A stretch of DNA of 64,000 nt, taken from positions 52,537,296 through 52,601,295 of the forward strand of contig NC_068982.1 in NCBI RefSeq assembly GCF_001194135.2, in the 5' to 3' direction. Positions 51,869 to 64,000 of the stretch are shown in pieces; the first letter of the stretch is position 1, and each line of letters begins with the position of its first letter. Below the pieces are notes generated by a model. It had not been told where the DNA came from and did no database searches. It saw only the letters and a list, made by a program, of their open reading frames with translations. A program made the position numbers and the translations under genes. The DNA is from Octopus bimaculoides. Taxonomy: Eukaryota.

Positions 51869-52701
51869 ATTAAATGAACTACAGAAACGATTTACAGTTA
51901 GACATTTGAATGCTCACTAATGATGATCTGACTGAAATCAGCGCTCAATTGTAAATTAATGCAATATACTTTTACCATCATGATTCTAAACGTACTTTTC
52001 TTCACCACACTCATCTGAATTTTCCATTGTTTGCAACCACGTGACTGTATGCAGGTTGCTGATTTGCTCACTGCACTTCAAGTCCTTTCTTCCTTTATCT
52101 ACACAAACTAGCCACCCATCTCCCAATCTTCCTCTCTCACCACACAGTACAAGTGGGGCTGTGTGATAATGGTTCTATAATTACTCGTTTGTAACCACGC
52201 TGAAGGACCATCGCATAATCAAACAGACATTAATCTACGAAGAAGCAAAATTGTAATGGAAAGTCTCTAACAAAAGTGATAATTAAAAAATTCTCTATTA
52301 TGTAAATATTATAAATTAGTCATTTTAAATACTGAGGTGTATGTACAAAAGTATGATAGAAAATTTTACACGAAGATTACATCCATTTATTTAAAGTGCT
52401 CTATGTGACCGAGAACCGCAGTTTAAGTAGCATGATTTTAAACTAATACAGAACAGGGCCAAATATCGGGCAAGCTTAGGATAGGAAGCAACCCAGATTT
52501 CTGAATTTTCCGGTTTTCTGGAGACAGCCTAAACAAATACTTAAAATATAAAATTGACGGTTACTTCCCTGCGTTCGAAACTTACTTTCATGTCTCTAAA
52601 ATACCAAACACATTCGACGCTTCCAAAGTTTGTTTATGAAATGTCGCATTCGAAAAGTTATTATTTAGCATTGAAATCGAGGGTAATTGCTTACAGGGGC
52701 T

Positions 52702-52790
52702 GTTCCGTTTAGCTTGATGGTTGAGCACTTAGTCGGTATCTGAAGAGTACAGGTTCGACTCCTGTAGCCACCTGCTGACAACTTTTTTTC
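52702..52790 (+). other. Degenerate tRNA-like Pol III unit followed by a T-run
   Basis: A box TAGCTTGATGG; T arm ACAGG TTCGACT CCTGT; acceptor stem does not pair. Confidence 0.45.
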
Positions 52791-53099
52791 ATCTTATAAG
52801 GGTAGACACCCAATCTTTCTCTGTTGTTCTTACAGCTTTATTGCGTTTGAGATTTACTTTCTTGCTTGTTAAATAAACTAAACTATAAACAGTAAAGAAC
52901 TAAATTACATTTAATAGATTCACATTAATTCACTTAAAAAAATGTAAAAGGACTGTTTGAAATTTATTAATCCGCTTAAAAATTAAAAAAATATATCATG
53001 CACTATCGAGTATACAGCATAATATTTATAGGATGAAAATTAAACGAAGAAAAGTAAAGAACATGAATTTATTTGACAGGTTGACATTGACAAGTTCCT

Positions 53100-53472
53100 T
53101 AACCCCTTGGGGGTCGTTGGGGCGCTGCATCCATGCAACGTCTCTAGGGCAAGAAAGCCTGGCGGAACCCTTCCTTCTCCGGGTTAAACTCATTTCTATA
53201 GCTAGGTGGGCTGGAGCAACATGAAATTAAATGTTTTGATCAAGAACACAATGGATTGCCCGGTCCAGGGATCGAAACTATAAGCTTACGGTCGTGAATC
53301 CAACACCTTAACCATTAAGCGACGCGTCTCCTCTAGTGATACTCATTTCTACAGCTGGGTGGACCGGAGCAACGTGAAATGCTTTGCTCAGGAGCACAAC
53401 GCATAGCCCGGTCCAGGAATCGAATCCACAATCGTGAATCTAACATCCTCACCACTTAGCCATATGCCTCCA
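53100..53472 (-). mobile_element. Two tandem CORE-type SINEs
   Basis: Heads at about 53472 and 53333, each with a TTTCA(C/T)GTTGCTCC core. Confidence 0.7.
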
Positions 53473-54081
53473 CCATTTAATAAATATTGCGTAAATTCAT
53501 AAATAAAGCAGAGTCAAGACTATTGATAAGGTTGCAAGACGCAACGAAAATTTTAGGAAAATAAAAAAAAAAAAAGTGGAAATTTTACCGGTGAGTCTGT
53601 TAAATTTTAAGGCACAATAAGAAAATGACTCTCCCCAGACACAACAGAATATGCTTCAACACACGAAATCACATAGAAAATCTTGCAAACCAAATCCCAA
53701 AACGAAATAAAGCAGAGTATGTTTTCTCTTTATCAATCCTTTAAAAAAAAAAAGTAAAGAACAAAACTATTTTTAACACGCCGTATGCAAATTAACCAAC
53801 TTCAAAAACATGGTCAGTTTACTCAAAACTGGGTACAGCATATTGCACAGTATTGCACAGTATTGCAGAGTGTTCCCGGATTTCTGGAAGCCGGATAAAA
53901 AAGGTCTGCTTCTGCATCTTATAACCAATGCGTTATCCGAAATATCAATACCTTATATTTAGTAACTTATAAACACTTTATAAAAGAGAGATCATTTGTT
54001 AATCCCTTACAGAAGTATCTAAATCCTACAAGTAGTTCTGTCAATAGGATTAAAGGCACAGCAGCCACTGTAATGCGGTTG

Positions 54082-54128
<47 letters not shown>

Positions 54129-54325
54129 GCTGCCACTGTTACCGTTGCTTCCGTCTCCAAAGTTCTGCTACTCTTGCTTGTGATGGCAATGTCGCAGCTG
54201 TAATCACCGCTAATGTTACTGCTGCTTCTGTTGCTGGTGGTGCTGGTGGTGGTGGTCGTGGTGGTGGTGATCATACTGACGACAGCGGTAATAGTCGTAT
54301 CGCTGATTAGACTGGTTATAGTGCA

Positions 54326-54398
<73 letters not shown>

Positions 54399-55123
54399 AC
54401 TGAACTGCAGTGTCGACGACGGACGGTATAGGTGGTACCGATGATGCTGTTGATAATCGTGATATTCTCAACGATAGCCTAGTATTGGTGGTGGTGGTGG
54501 TGATGATGATGACGCTTTTTCAGTTGCTGCAACGGCTGCTACTGCTACTGCTACCGCTGCTGCTACCGCTGCTGCTACCGCTGCTGCTACCGCTGCTGCT
54601 ACCGCTGCTGGAGATGATGATATTGCAACTTCGTTAAGAACTCTGCTGCTGCTCTTGCTAATGAAGTTACCGTTGTTGCTTAGTTCCATGCCAACCCTGA
54701 TCCACAATACATACCTAAGACGTTCCAGTCGTGAACATCCCTCTTTTTTTCTGCACAACGAAAAACTATATAATCCAACCATAACCTTCCTTTTTCACTT
54801 TTTATATTTTTTATTTTTTACGGTAGCACCGTTTAAATTCAGTATTTTTGGCTACTATTTCAGCAGATTGAGCGACCACATAGAGGCTCCGTCATTAGTT
54901 CGTTGTCCATTTCTCTCCTTGTGTCGTGCTGTCGTTGTGGATGTTGTCGGTCCTTCTACAAGCACTTCTACTCCTGCAAATATTGCTGCTGTTGTCAATG
55001 GTGATGCTGCTGCTGCTGCTGTTGCCACTGTTTCTAGTACCGCTGCTGACTCTATTACCGCTGCTGTCACTGCTGTTGTTGCTGCTCTTATATACATACT
55101 AATACTGATATTACTGCTGCAGT

Positions 55124-56060
55124 TAAAGCGGTGAGCTAGCAGAATCGTTAGCACACAGGGCAAAATGCTTAGCGGCATTTCGTCCGTCTTTACGTTCTGA
55201 GTTCAAATTCTGCCGAGGCCAATTTTACTTTCATCCTTTGGGGTTCGATAAAATAAATACCAGTTGAACACGGGTCAACGTAATCGATTAAGATCGTCCC
55301 CGAACTCGCTGGCCTTGTGCCAAAATTCGAAATGTATATTATTACTACTGTAGTCTAAGGCGGCGAGTTGGTAGAATGGCTAGCGCGCTGCGTGAAACGT
55401 CTAGCAACATTTCGTTTATTCTTTACGTTTTGAGTTCAAATTCCGCCGAGATCAACTTTGCATTTCATTATTTGGGAGTCGATAAAATAAGTACTAGTTG
55501 TGCACTGAGGTCGATGAAACCAACTTACTCCCTACCTCGAACACACTGACCTTGTGCCAATATTTGAAATGGACATTAGTACTGCAGTTTAAGGCAGCGA
55601 CTGGTAGAATTGTTAGCACGCTGGGCAAAATGCTTACCAGCATTTCGTCCATCTTTACGTTCAGAATTCAAATTCCGCCGAGGTCGACTTTACCTTTCAT
55701 CCTTTCGGGATTGATAGAATAAGTACCAGCTGAGCTCTGGGGTCGATGTAATCGACTTAAACGCCCCCCAACAACCAAATTGCTGGCCTTGTGCCAAAAT
55801 TTGAAATCGCTATTACTATCGCAATTTAAGGCGGCGAGCTGGTTGGTAGAATCGTTAGCACGCTGGGCAAAATACTTAGTGACATTTCATCCGTCTTTAC
55901 ATTCTGAGTTCAAATTCTGCCAAGGTCAACTTTGCATTCATACTTTCCGGATTGGTAAAATAAATACCAGTTGAATACTGGGGTCAATGTAATCGATTAN
56001 NNNNNNNNNNNNNNNNNNNNNNNNNNNNNNNNNNNNNNGCTGGTCTTGTGCCAAAATTTA
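55124..56060 (+). mobile_element. Tandem array of four family-1 SINEs (about 235-bp period) with a shared linker
   Basis: Units begin at about 55124, 55357, 55590 and 55827; each is preceded by a (T)ATTACTACTGCAGTT-like linker. Confidence 0.88.
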
Positions 56061-56392
56061 AGACCAGATATTACTACCGCAGTAGAAGTTCTGCTTCATG
56101 CTACAGTTGTTGCTGTTCAAGGTAATGATAGAGTTAGTGTTGTTACTAAAGTAACCAAGTAGCAGCAGCAGCAGCAGCAGTAGCAGTAGTAGTAGTAGTA
56201 TTAGCAACGTTCGGAGTGGTAGTTATTACTACTACTGTTCTTGCTGTAGTTGTTGTTGTTGTTGTTGCTGCTGCTGAGGGTAGTAGATGCTGTGTTGACA
56301 AGATGCATACGGTACACCTGTTGTTCATGTTAACGCTATTGTCACTACTTAAGATAATGCTGCTACTGCTTTTGTTGTTGTTACTGTTGTTG

Positions 56393-56448
<56 letters not shown>

Positions 56449-56838
56449 ATAATAATAATAATAATAATAATGATAATAATAATGATTCCGTCACTGATGG
56501 TGGTTGAAGTTGTTATTACTGATACTCCTGCTGCTCCTGCTAATTTTGCTGCTGATAGTCGTAGCGTTGTCGTGCTGTTGTTGTTGCTGTTGTTGTTGCT
56601 GTTGACTGTTGTATTGTTGCTTATGTTGATGATGCTAATGCTGCAATCATTGCGCTTGACGACGCTGTTGCAAACGTTTCTATTGTTGTACACTCAATGA
56701 TGTTGTTATGCGATGCTATTGTTATTGTTGCTAACGATGCTATTAATATGCTATCGATGTTGTTGCATACTTTGCTATGTTACAATTGTTGGCGATGTTG
56801 CACGCGTTGTTATTGTTGCAATTGACGCTGTAGCATGC

Positions 56839-57165
56839 GTTGCTATGTTACGGTTATTGGTGATGTTGCATACGTTGCTATGTTACGGTTATTGGTGATG
56901 TTGCATGCTTACCCTTGTTGCTATCGGCTTTGTTGCATACGTTGCTATGTTACGGTTATTGGTGATGTTGCATGCTTACCGTTGTTGCTATCGACTTTGT
57001 TGCATACGTTGCTATGTTACGGTTATTGGTGATGTTGCATGCTTACCGTTGTTGCTATCGGCTTTGTTGCATACGTTGCTATGTTACGGTTATTGGTGAT
57101 GTTGCATGCTTACCATTGTTGCTTGCTATGTTACGGTTATTGGTGATGTTGCATACGTTGCCGTT
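56839..57165. repeat. 67-bp minisatellite (3 full units plus partial units)
   Basis: Units start at 56874, 56941, 57008 and 57075. Confidence 0.92.
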
Positions 57166-58364
57166 ACTGCTGGCGGTATAGTTGCTATTGTTGCAATGCA
57201 ATTGTATAAGATACTAATATTATTAATAACGGTACTGCTTTTCACGATGTCGTTGCCAACGCTGCAATTGTTGCTATTTATAGTGTTGTGCATACGATGC
57301 TATTATCGCCGTTGCTAACGGTGTTGCAGTAGTTGCTATTCTTGCTCCTGTAGCTGTATTGTTTCCGTTGCTATTGGAATTATTGTTGTTGTTGGCGTTT
57401 CGGCTGTATTGCATACGTTGCTATTGTTCCTCTTGCACGTTTGTGGCTGCTGTTGCTATTCACAATATTGTTGCTTCTGTTGCTACTATTCTACTTTTGA
57501 TGATGATGATGATGATGATGACTGGAGTTTTTTTTGCTGCTCCTGAAATTATTAGTGTGAATGCAAATTTTTTTTATATTGTTGCTGTTGCTGTTGCTGG
57601 TGCTGTTGTGGTTGATGATAATGCTGCTGCTGACGATGATGATGTTGCTGCTATTAATTCTACTGCAGTTACTGCTGTTACTCCTACTGTTACTCCTACT
57701 GTTACTGACGACAGTAGTGATGACTCTGGTGTATATAGTTGCCTCTTTAGTAGTAGTAGTAGGAGGAGGACGAGGAGGAAGAAGGGGAGGAGAAGGAGCA
57801 GGAGCTATTGTTGCTGCTGTTTAGCCCCAGGCCAGCCCTGAGTAAGAAAGCTGTTACGTATATCAATGACTACATCATCAACGAACGTTTTTCTTTTATC
57901 TTTATTTTATCTTTATTTTTATGACAATAAAGTGTGTTTAAAGATGATTTTGGTTGCTATTTCTAGCAAGTTGAGCAGCCATGCAGGGGCTTCTTCGCTT
58001 GTTATTGTTACCATAGGTTGTAGTGATCATAATGTTGGTCGTACGGCTGCTTGTTTTCAGAGTTCTTGTTGGTTATGATACTGGTGATGGCTGGATCGTG
58101 ATAGTGGCTGCAGTTGATGCTTCTAACTGTGGCTGCTGCACCTATTGCTGCAGGTGTTGTTGTTGTTGCTGCTGCTGCTGAAGCTGATACAGTCAGCGTC
58201 GTTGTCGATGTCTCCGTTGTTGTTATTACTGTCGCCGTCGTCGGTGTTGTTGTTGTGCTGGTAATTGATAATGATGATGACGATGATGATGTTTCTTCTT
58301 TGAGGTGCATATTTAGCTGCTGCCATAAACACATTTAGTCAAACAATAACTGCTGACCCCCCTC

Positions 58365-58460
58365 TTGCTGCTGCTGCTGCTGCTGCTACTACTACTACTA
58401 CTACTACTACTGCTACTACTACTACTACTACTACTACTACCACTGTTGCTGCTGCTGCTG

Positions 58461-58496
<36 letters not shown>

Positions 58497-58499
58497 TTG

Positions 58500-58545
<46 letters not shown>

Positions 58546-58667
58546 CACTGTTGCTGTTGCTGCTGCTGCTGCTACTACTACTACTACTACTACTACTGCT
58601 ACTACTACTACTACCACTGTTGCTGTTGCTGCTGCTGCTGCTACTACTACTACTACTACTACTACTG

Positions 58668-58705
<38 letters not shown>

Positions 58706-58793
58706 GTTGCTGCTGTTGCTGCTGCTACTACTACTACTATTACTACTACTACTACTACTACTACTACTATTGTTGTTGCTGCTGCTGCTGCTG

Positions 58794-58834
<41 letters not shown>

Positions 58835-58853
58835 GTTGCTGCTGCTGCTGCTG

Positions 58854-58900
<47 letters not shown>

Positions 58901-58920
58901 GATGCTGCTCCTGCTGCCCC
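58365..58920. repeat. Compound (CTA)n/(CTG)n tract with higher-order units
   Basis: CTGTTGCTG..GCT followed by (ACT)n recurs about six times. Confidence 0.92.
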
Positions 58921-59441
58921 TGCCATCGCTGTTACGACTAATACTAAACCATTCGATGTACCTACATTGAGCACTGAAGGTCAACAAATATAAGTACATC
59001 ATACAAAGCCAAAACACTTTACAAACACCTTAGTTTACATTAGCTAAATCTATAACTGTTATTTTGAGCCACCGAGAGAACTTCTTCAGGGTCATTTGGT
59101 CTGCAAGAAATAGCACCTAAATTACCTCAAATCACAACTTAGTGTCTTCAAACAAAGACAAAAAGGAAGGACATAATGAATGATGCAGTTACATAGTCTC
59201 TGAAATGCGGCTATGCTGGGACACTGCTTTCAAGGGTTTAGTTTGAACAAATCCACTCCAGTGCTTATTTTTGAACCCGGTACTCATTCTATTGGCCTCA
59301 ATTGCCGCATCGCTGCCTTACCGGGATGTAAACAAACCGGCATCGGTTATCCAGTGGTAGCAGGGAACAAACAGAAAGACACATACACACACACGCACGG
59401 CCACACACACGTGTGTGCGTACTTGCAAGTATGTATGTATG

Positions 59442-59516
<75 letters not shown>

Positions 59517-60063
59517 NNNNNNNNNNNNNNNNNNNNNNNNNNNNNNNNNNNNNNNNNNNNNNNNNNNNNNNNNNNNNNNNNNNNNNNNNNNNNNNNNNNN
59601 NNNNNNNNNNNNNNNNNNNNNNNNNNNNNNNNNNNNNNNNNNNNNNNNNNNNNNNNNNNNNNNNNNNNNNNNNNNNNNNNNNNNNNNNNNNNNNNNNNNN
59701 NNNNNNNNNNNNNNNNNNNNNNNNNNNNNNNNNNNNNNNNNNNNNNNNNNNNNNNNNNNNNNNNNNNNNNNNNNNNNNNNNNNNNNNNNNNNNNNNNNNN
59801 NNNNNNNNNNNNNNNNNNNNNNNNNNNNNNNNNNNNNNNNNNNNNNNNNNNNNNNNNNNNNNNNNNNNNNNNNNNNNNNNNNNNNNNNNNNNNNNNNNNN
59901 NNNNNNNNNNNNNNNNNNNNNNNNNNNNNNNNNNNNNNNNNNNNNNNNNNNNNNNNNNNNNNNNNNNNNNNNNNNNNNNNNNNNNNNNNNNNNNNNNNNN
60001 NNNNNNNNNNNNNNNNNNNNNNNNNNNNNNNNNNNNNNNNNNNNNNNNNNNNNNNNNNNNNNN

Positions 60064-60649
60064 AACAGTAGCTTGGTAAAAGGGAAAAAGCTCAACCACA
60101 ACCGAGGTTCTTCTCTCTATCTGGTGGGATTGCAAAGGAGTAATTCACTTTGAATTGTTACCACCCAATGCAATAATCAATGCTCAAGTCTACTGTCAGC
60201 AATTAGAGCGTTTGAACCAAGCTTTGAAGAAAAAAGACCCGCTTTAGTGAATCGAAAAGGAGTGATGTTTCATCAGGACAATACGCGACCCCACACTGCA
60301 AAGATCACATCACAGAAGATCGAAGAGCTTGGTTGGGAAAAAATTCCTCATCCACCTTATTCTCCCGACCTTGCTCCTTCAGACTACCATTTGTTTCGTA
60401 GTTTACGAATCATTTGGGGGACATAACTTTCGCAAGCCAGGAGGAGATCGAAATTGACATTTCAGAGTTCTTCGCTTTGAAACCAAAAGAGTTTTACATT
60501 GATGGGATTAAAAAGCTTGTAAATAGATGGAAGGAAGTCATAGATAATCAGGGAAAGTACATTGATGATCAAATTTCAATTAAATATAACATTTGATCAC
60601 TTGTTTTCTTTATTCAAAATTCGGACAGAACTTATGGGATGGCCTGATA
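60064..60649 (+). mobile_element. Mariner (D34D) 3' half with right TIR; 5' half is in the gap
   Basis: SIWWDCKGVIHFELLP..FHQDNTRPHT..HPPYSPDLAPSDYHLFRSL..RWKEVIDNQGKYID with 34 residues between the last two Asp; a few frameshifts; ends CTTATGGGATGGCCTGATA|TA. Confidence 0.95.
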
Positions 60650-60761
60650 TATATGTGCACACGATGGGCTCCTTTCAGTTTCCGTCTGTGAAATCCACTC
60701 ACAAGGTTTTGGTCGGCTCAGGGCTATAGTACACAAACACGAACACAAACGCACTCTCTCA

Positions 60762-60808
<47 letters not shown>

Positions 60809-61249
60809 GCGCGCGCGCATAGAAAGACAATTTGGGCAGGATTGACCAGAAGATAAATAGCAATCACTAAATTTGCCTCCCTATCATAGTTTCCTATAAT
60901 ATGGGTTGTTTACTTTAAGAAATGTAATAAGCTAAGTAGGAGTTGAGTGGCCGAAATAGGTTCACTCTGTTGAACATTTTACAAGAATATTACAACGTGA
61001 ACTTCTTCCTGGTTGGTCGATTTAGAAAATATAGTAGCCGAAAGTGCCTGAAATTTTGTCTAACTACTGAAATAAAGGAATATAGTCTCTGGATACATTA
61101 TACCGGAATAAAATACTGTGTTTTTTGTGCAAGGTACGCATACGTTCACGAAGACAACGCATTTTAGAGACACAGTTTGACTCAATGCAACTGACAATAA
61201 TAATGTGAGCCAATGGACGAACTTCTACTTTGTAACTCAATCTAGGAGA

Positions 61250-61430
61250 ATAGCAGCCAAATCTTCCATATATGACGCTCAACCGTCATGAAATATTGGA
61301 GACGTTGAAGAAAAGGTAGTCCTGAAAGTATAATTACAATATCAGCAAAAAGACGAAGTGGGTATTACTTGAATGTTTTTGAATATTGACCGGCTCATTC
61401 AGAGATGATCAACGGATCAACAGCAAGAAC
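61250..61430 (+). repeat. Old interspersed repeat (AGAAATAGCAGCCAAATC-type start, CAA-rich end)
   Basis: Related diverged segments at about 17690, 23020, 35610, 43940, 49670 and 59105. Confidence 0.5.
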
Positions 61431-62849
61431 AACAATAAAATCTATAACAACCATCAAGTGATGTGATGTAATTTAGAGAACGTCATTCTGGTGGGGTGGT
61501 GGTGGTGGTGGGGGGGGGTCAGCATAACCAATAGATTCTTTTAATACTAATCTAATAATNNNNNNNNNNCCAAGCTATTTTGTTCGAAACCAAGACATCA
61601 AAAAAAAAAAAAAAAAAAAAAATCAGCTATGGTCGACTTAGCTGGAAATTATGTAAAAAATCAATGGTCATGTTTAATTAGAGTTATTCATAAGTTTACT
61701 GTAAGTAAATATTCGATACCTGCAGAAGCTAACTTAATCTTGTTCAACTGGATTTTTAATAAAACTGCAGCAGGTTTTGTCAGATATGTAAAGCATGCAG
61801 TGGCGTTGTGATCTATTCCTGCTGAGAATCCTACGGTTGTTATCTTTTAAGCCAGTTTCCCGACATTAAAATAAATAATGCATTCATATCCACTAATGGT
61901 CTATGGTAATTATTTCCGGGTGATGTACAATCAATTAATCAATCATCCAATCAATCAGACCAACCAATCATATTACATCTTATTATATCACACTGTATTA
62001 TACCATAGCATATCAAGAGACGAGGTGACCGAATAGATAGAAATCCGGACAGCAACGGAGTGTTGGTGTATCTTGTCACCCGTCAGGGACATTGCGTTGT
62101 GTATGTGGTTTGGATAATATAACACTTAAGTGTCCAGTCCATCCAATAAAAAATTACCACTACGTAGAAAGAATTCTCCATTTCAAGCAGACAGTACTGT
62201 AAATCTGACAAGTGATTCGTCAGTTTATTGTTCTGAGACTTTCAGGCCAGCCGTGAAAGTAGTTTAGTGATGGATTGACCCTTAAAAGATGGATTTATCC
62301 AATATGCACTACTTGAAGAGAACCATACGATTCAATGTAGAGATAGTCTTACGATTCAGTAGGCTAATCTAAATTAGATTGAACATTTTAATGTGGCTTG
62401 ATTTTGTTTTATCTCCGTTATTACTCCTATCGATTTCGAAGGCAGCAATTAGCAATTCTATATTTATATTCTTTTCTCGACTAACAACTGCATTGAAATT
62501 ATGACGTATGCCTTATGATCAGTCCTCCAACGCTCTCGGAATTCATACATACATATATACGTACAAATGCACACGCACGCACGCACGCACACACATGTAT
62601 GAATGTATGTATGTATGTATGTATGTAGGTATGTATGTATGTATGTATGTATGTATGTATGCATGCATGAATGTAATTATAGTCATTTATAGCCGAAGTA
62701 GAACATACAACCACAGTACTGTGTTCTAACCAAACAACACATCAAATTCAATCAAATTAAGTGATTCACTGGTGAGGTTTTTCGTTTGCTCTTGTTCTAA
62801 ACTATCGTCTTGCCAAAAGAGTAGAAATGTGTAATTCATTATGTATATA

Positions 62850-63500
62850 TCTATTCCCTTATCTTTCACCTTTAGCGTTTGTACTGCATGGGATGGCCCC
62901 GTTGAGTTTGCAGCCCTCACGAGAAACACAACATATTTCATATAAAAAGTGTTGTTGCCCACCCAATTCCATCTAGAACTTATAGCACCATCGTTCAAAC
63001 ACACAACTTTTCAAACAAGAAGTGGACATCTTTTCCACTTATGTATTTCAACTCTGCGAAACATGGGTTTTGGTAGAGACGACTGGAAATAAAGTAATCA
63101 GCCAGACTTTGATCCTGTACTTGGTTGTAACTCTTCTGGCTGTAACCCTACGAGTTATTTTCGTCAGATTATACGAGTGCAGACATGATCCAAAACTTGT
63201 AGGCTAAGCCACTAAGTTGGTCAGTCTATCTATAAACTTCCATCCGGCTACTGATGTTGTAAAACGTATTGTCAGAAATTAATTACTCACTAAACTCTAT
63301 GGATGCAGCAGATTTCAGGTTGTGTTAACTGGGATATACAGCATGCTATGAAAGCATAAACGAAATGAATTTACAACAATGCATAGTTATTGAAGCAAAA
63401 CCGTTTGGTTTAAGGCCAAATTATAATGCTGCAGGCAAGCATAAAATACTAAAATATTGGCACGTCTTTAATTTTAAGTGCATGTTACAGTGAAGATCGC
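62850..63500 (-). mobile_element. Degraded RTE-like LINE C-terminal region
   Basis: Colinear fragments FGLKPN, TTKYRIKVWLITL, ISGKDV, RWNWVGN and QRGHP match FGL.IN, TK.RIY, ISW.D.V, RW.W.GH and .RGRP. Confidence 0.55.
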
Positions 63501-64000
63501 CCATTTGTCTTCCATTTGACGGGACCATGTCATCATCTCTGAAACATCCTTACTAAAATGAACAAACAGAATATTTTCACTTGTTATTGAATAACACCCT
63601 CCTCTTCATCGCTACAGACGGCAACGCTCTCACCATCATCCTCATTATCATAATTAACAACCATCACTGCTGCCCATCACCGCTATTTGACACTTATATC
63701 ACAACGACAACAACTATCAATCCTATATCACTGTACACTATTTCTACTAAAATTAGTACGGCTATTTCTAAGACAGTAGTGAGGCATCAAGGCATTAGAA
63801 AACACGTGAGACAACCCCGGAAAGATTAAGTGAATGAAGTTTTGGGCAATATAGACAACGACAGGAGATCTACGTGGTCTGTAAGGTTAACCGGTGAAAT
63901 CAACATATGCTTCGGTCTCATATGACCTTCCTCCCGAAGCATATTTTATTCAGTTAGCCTCAGAATAAGAATAAGATATATATATATATATATATATATA

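Noticed and set aside
55124-57165. Repeat-spacer or tandem arrays as CRISPR-like
   Set aside because: Units are SINEs or near-identical minisatellite copies with no unique spacers and no cas genes; eukaryotic context.
15876-60153. Long ORFs rich in X, poly-S/V/L/E or alternating HT/CV/IY
   Set aside because: Artefacts of N gaps and microsatellites.
61629-61850. VGFSAG as an esterase GxSxG motif on minus
   Set aside because: Five-residue match only, bounded by stops; could equally be a LINE RT GF..G motif.
62726-63004. 92-aa ORF resembling FN3 (VRAANSTGPS) or a Cys-loop receptor (MNYT..WQDDSL)
   Set aside because: Spacing is off for both, and neighbouring frames give colinear RTE C-terminal motifs.

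Overview
AT-rich, microsatellite-dense, gap-ridden eukaryotic DNA with no protein-coding host exon I can support. The SINE families look like those of Octopus (inferred from repeat content only). Almost all recognisable sequence is mobile-element derived. It includes about 40 copies of one tRNA-derived SINE, several CORE-type SINEs with different 3' tails, and a composite SINE with an internal microsatellite. It also holds R4/Dong-like retrotransposon 3' ends inserted in (TAA)n, Tx1/L1- and RTE-like LINE relics, three mariner relics, a Helitron derivative with both termini, and Penelope-like pieces. The most notable signal is a short element at 32203-32667. It joins a tRNA-like Pol III head to a Penelope-type terminal repeat carrying a minimal hammerhead ribozyme, present twice in inverted orientation. 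A second, degenerate hammerhead family occurs at 24561 and 40783. Most ORFs in the supplied track are microsatellite, N-gap or repeat artefacts. All similarity calls are by eye, and many boundaries are approximate.
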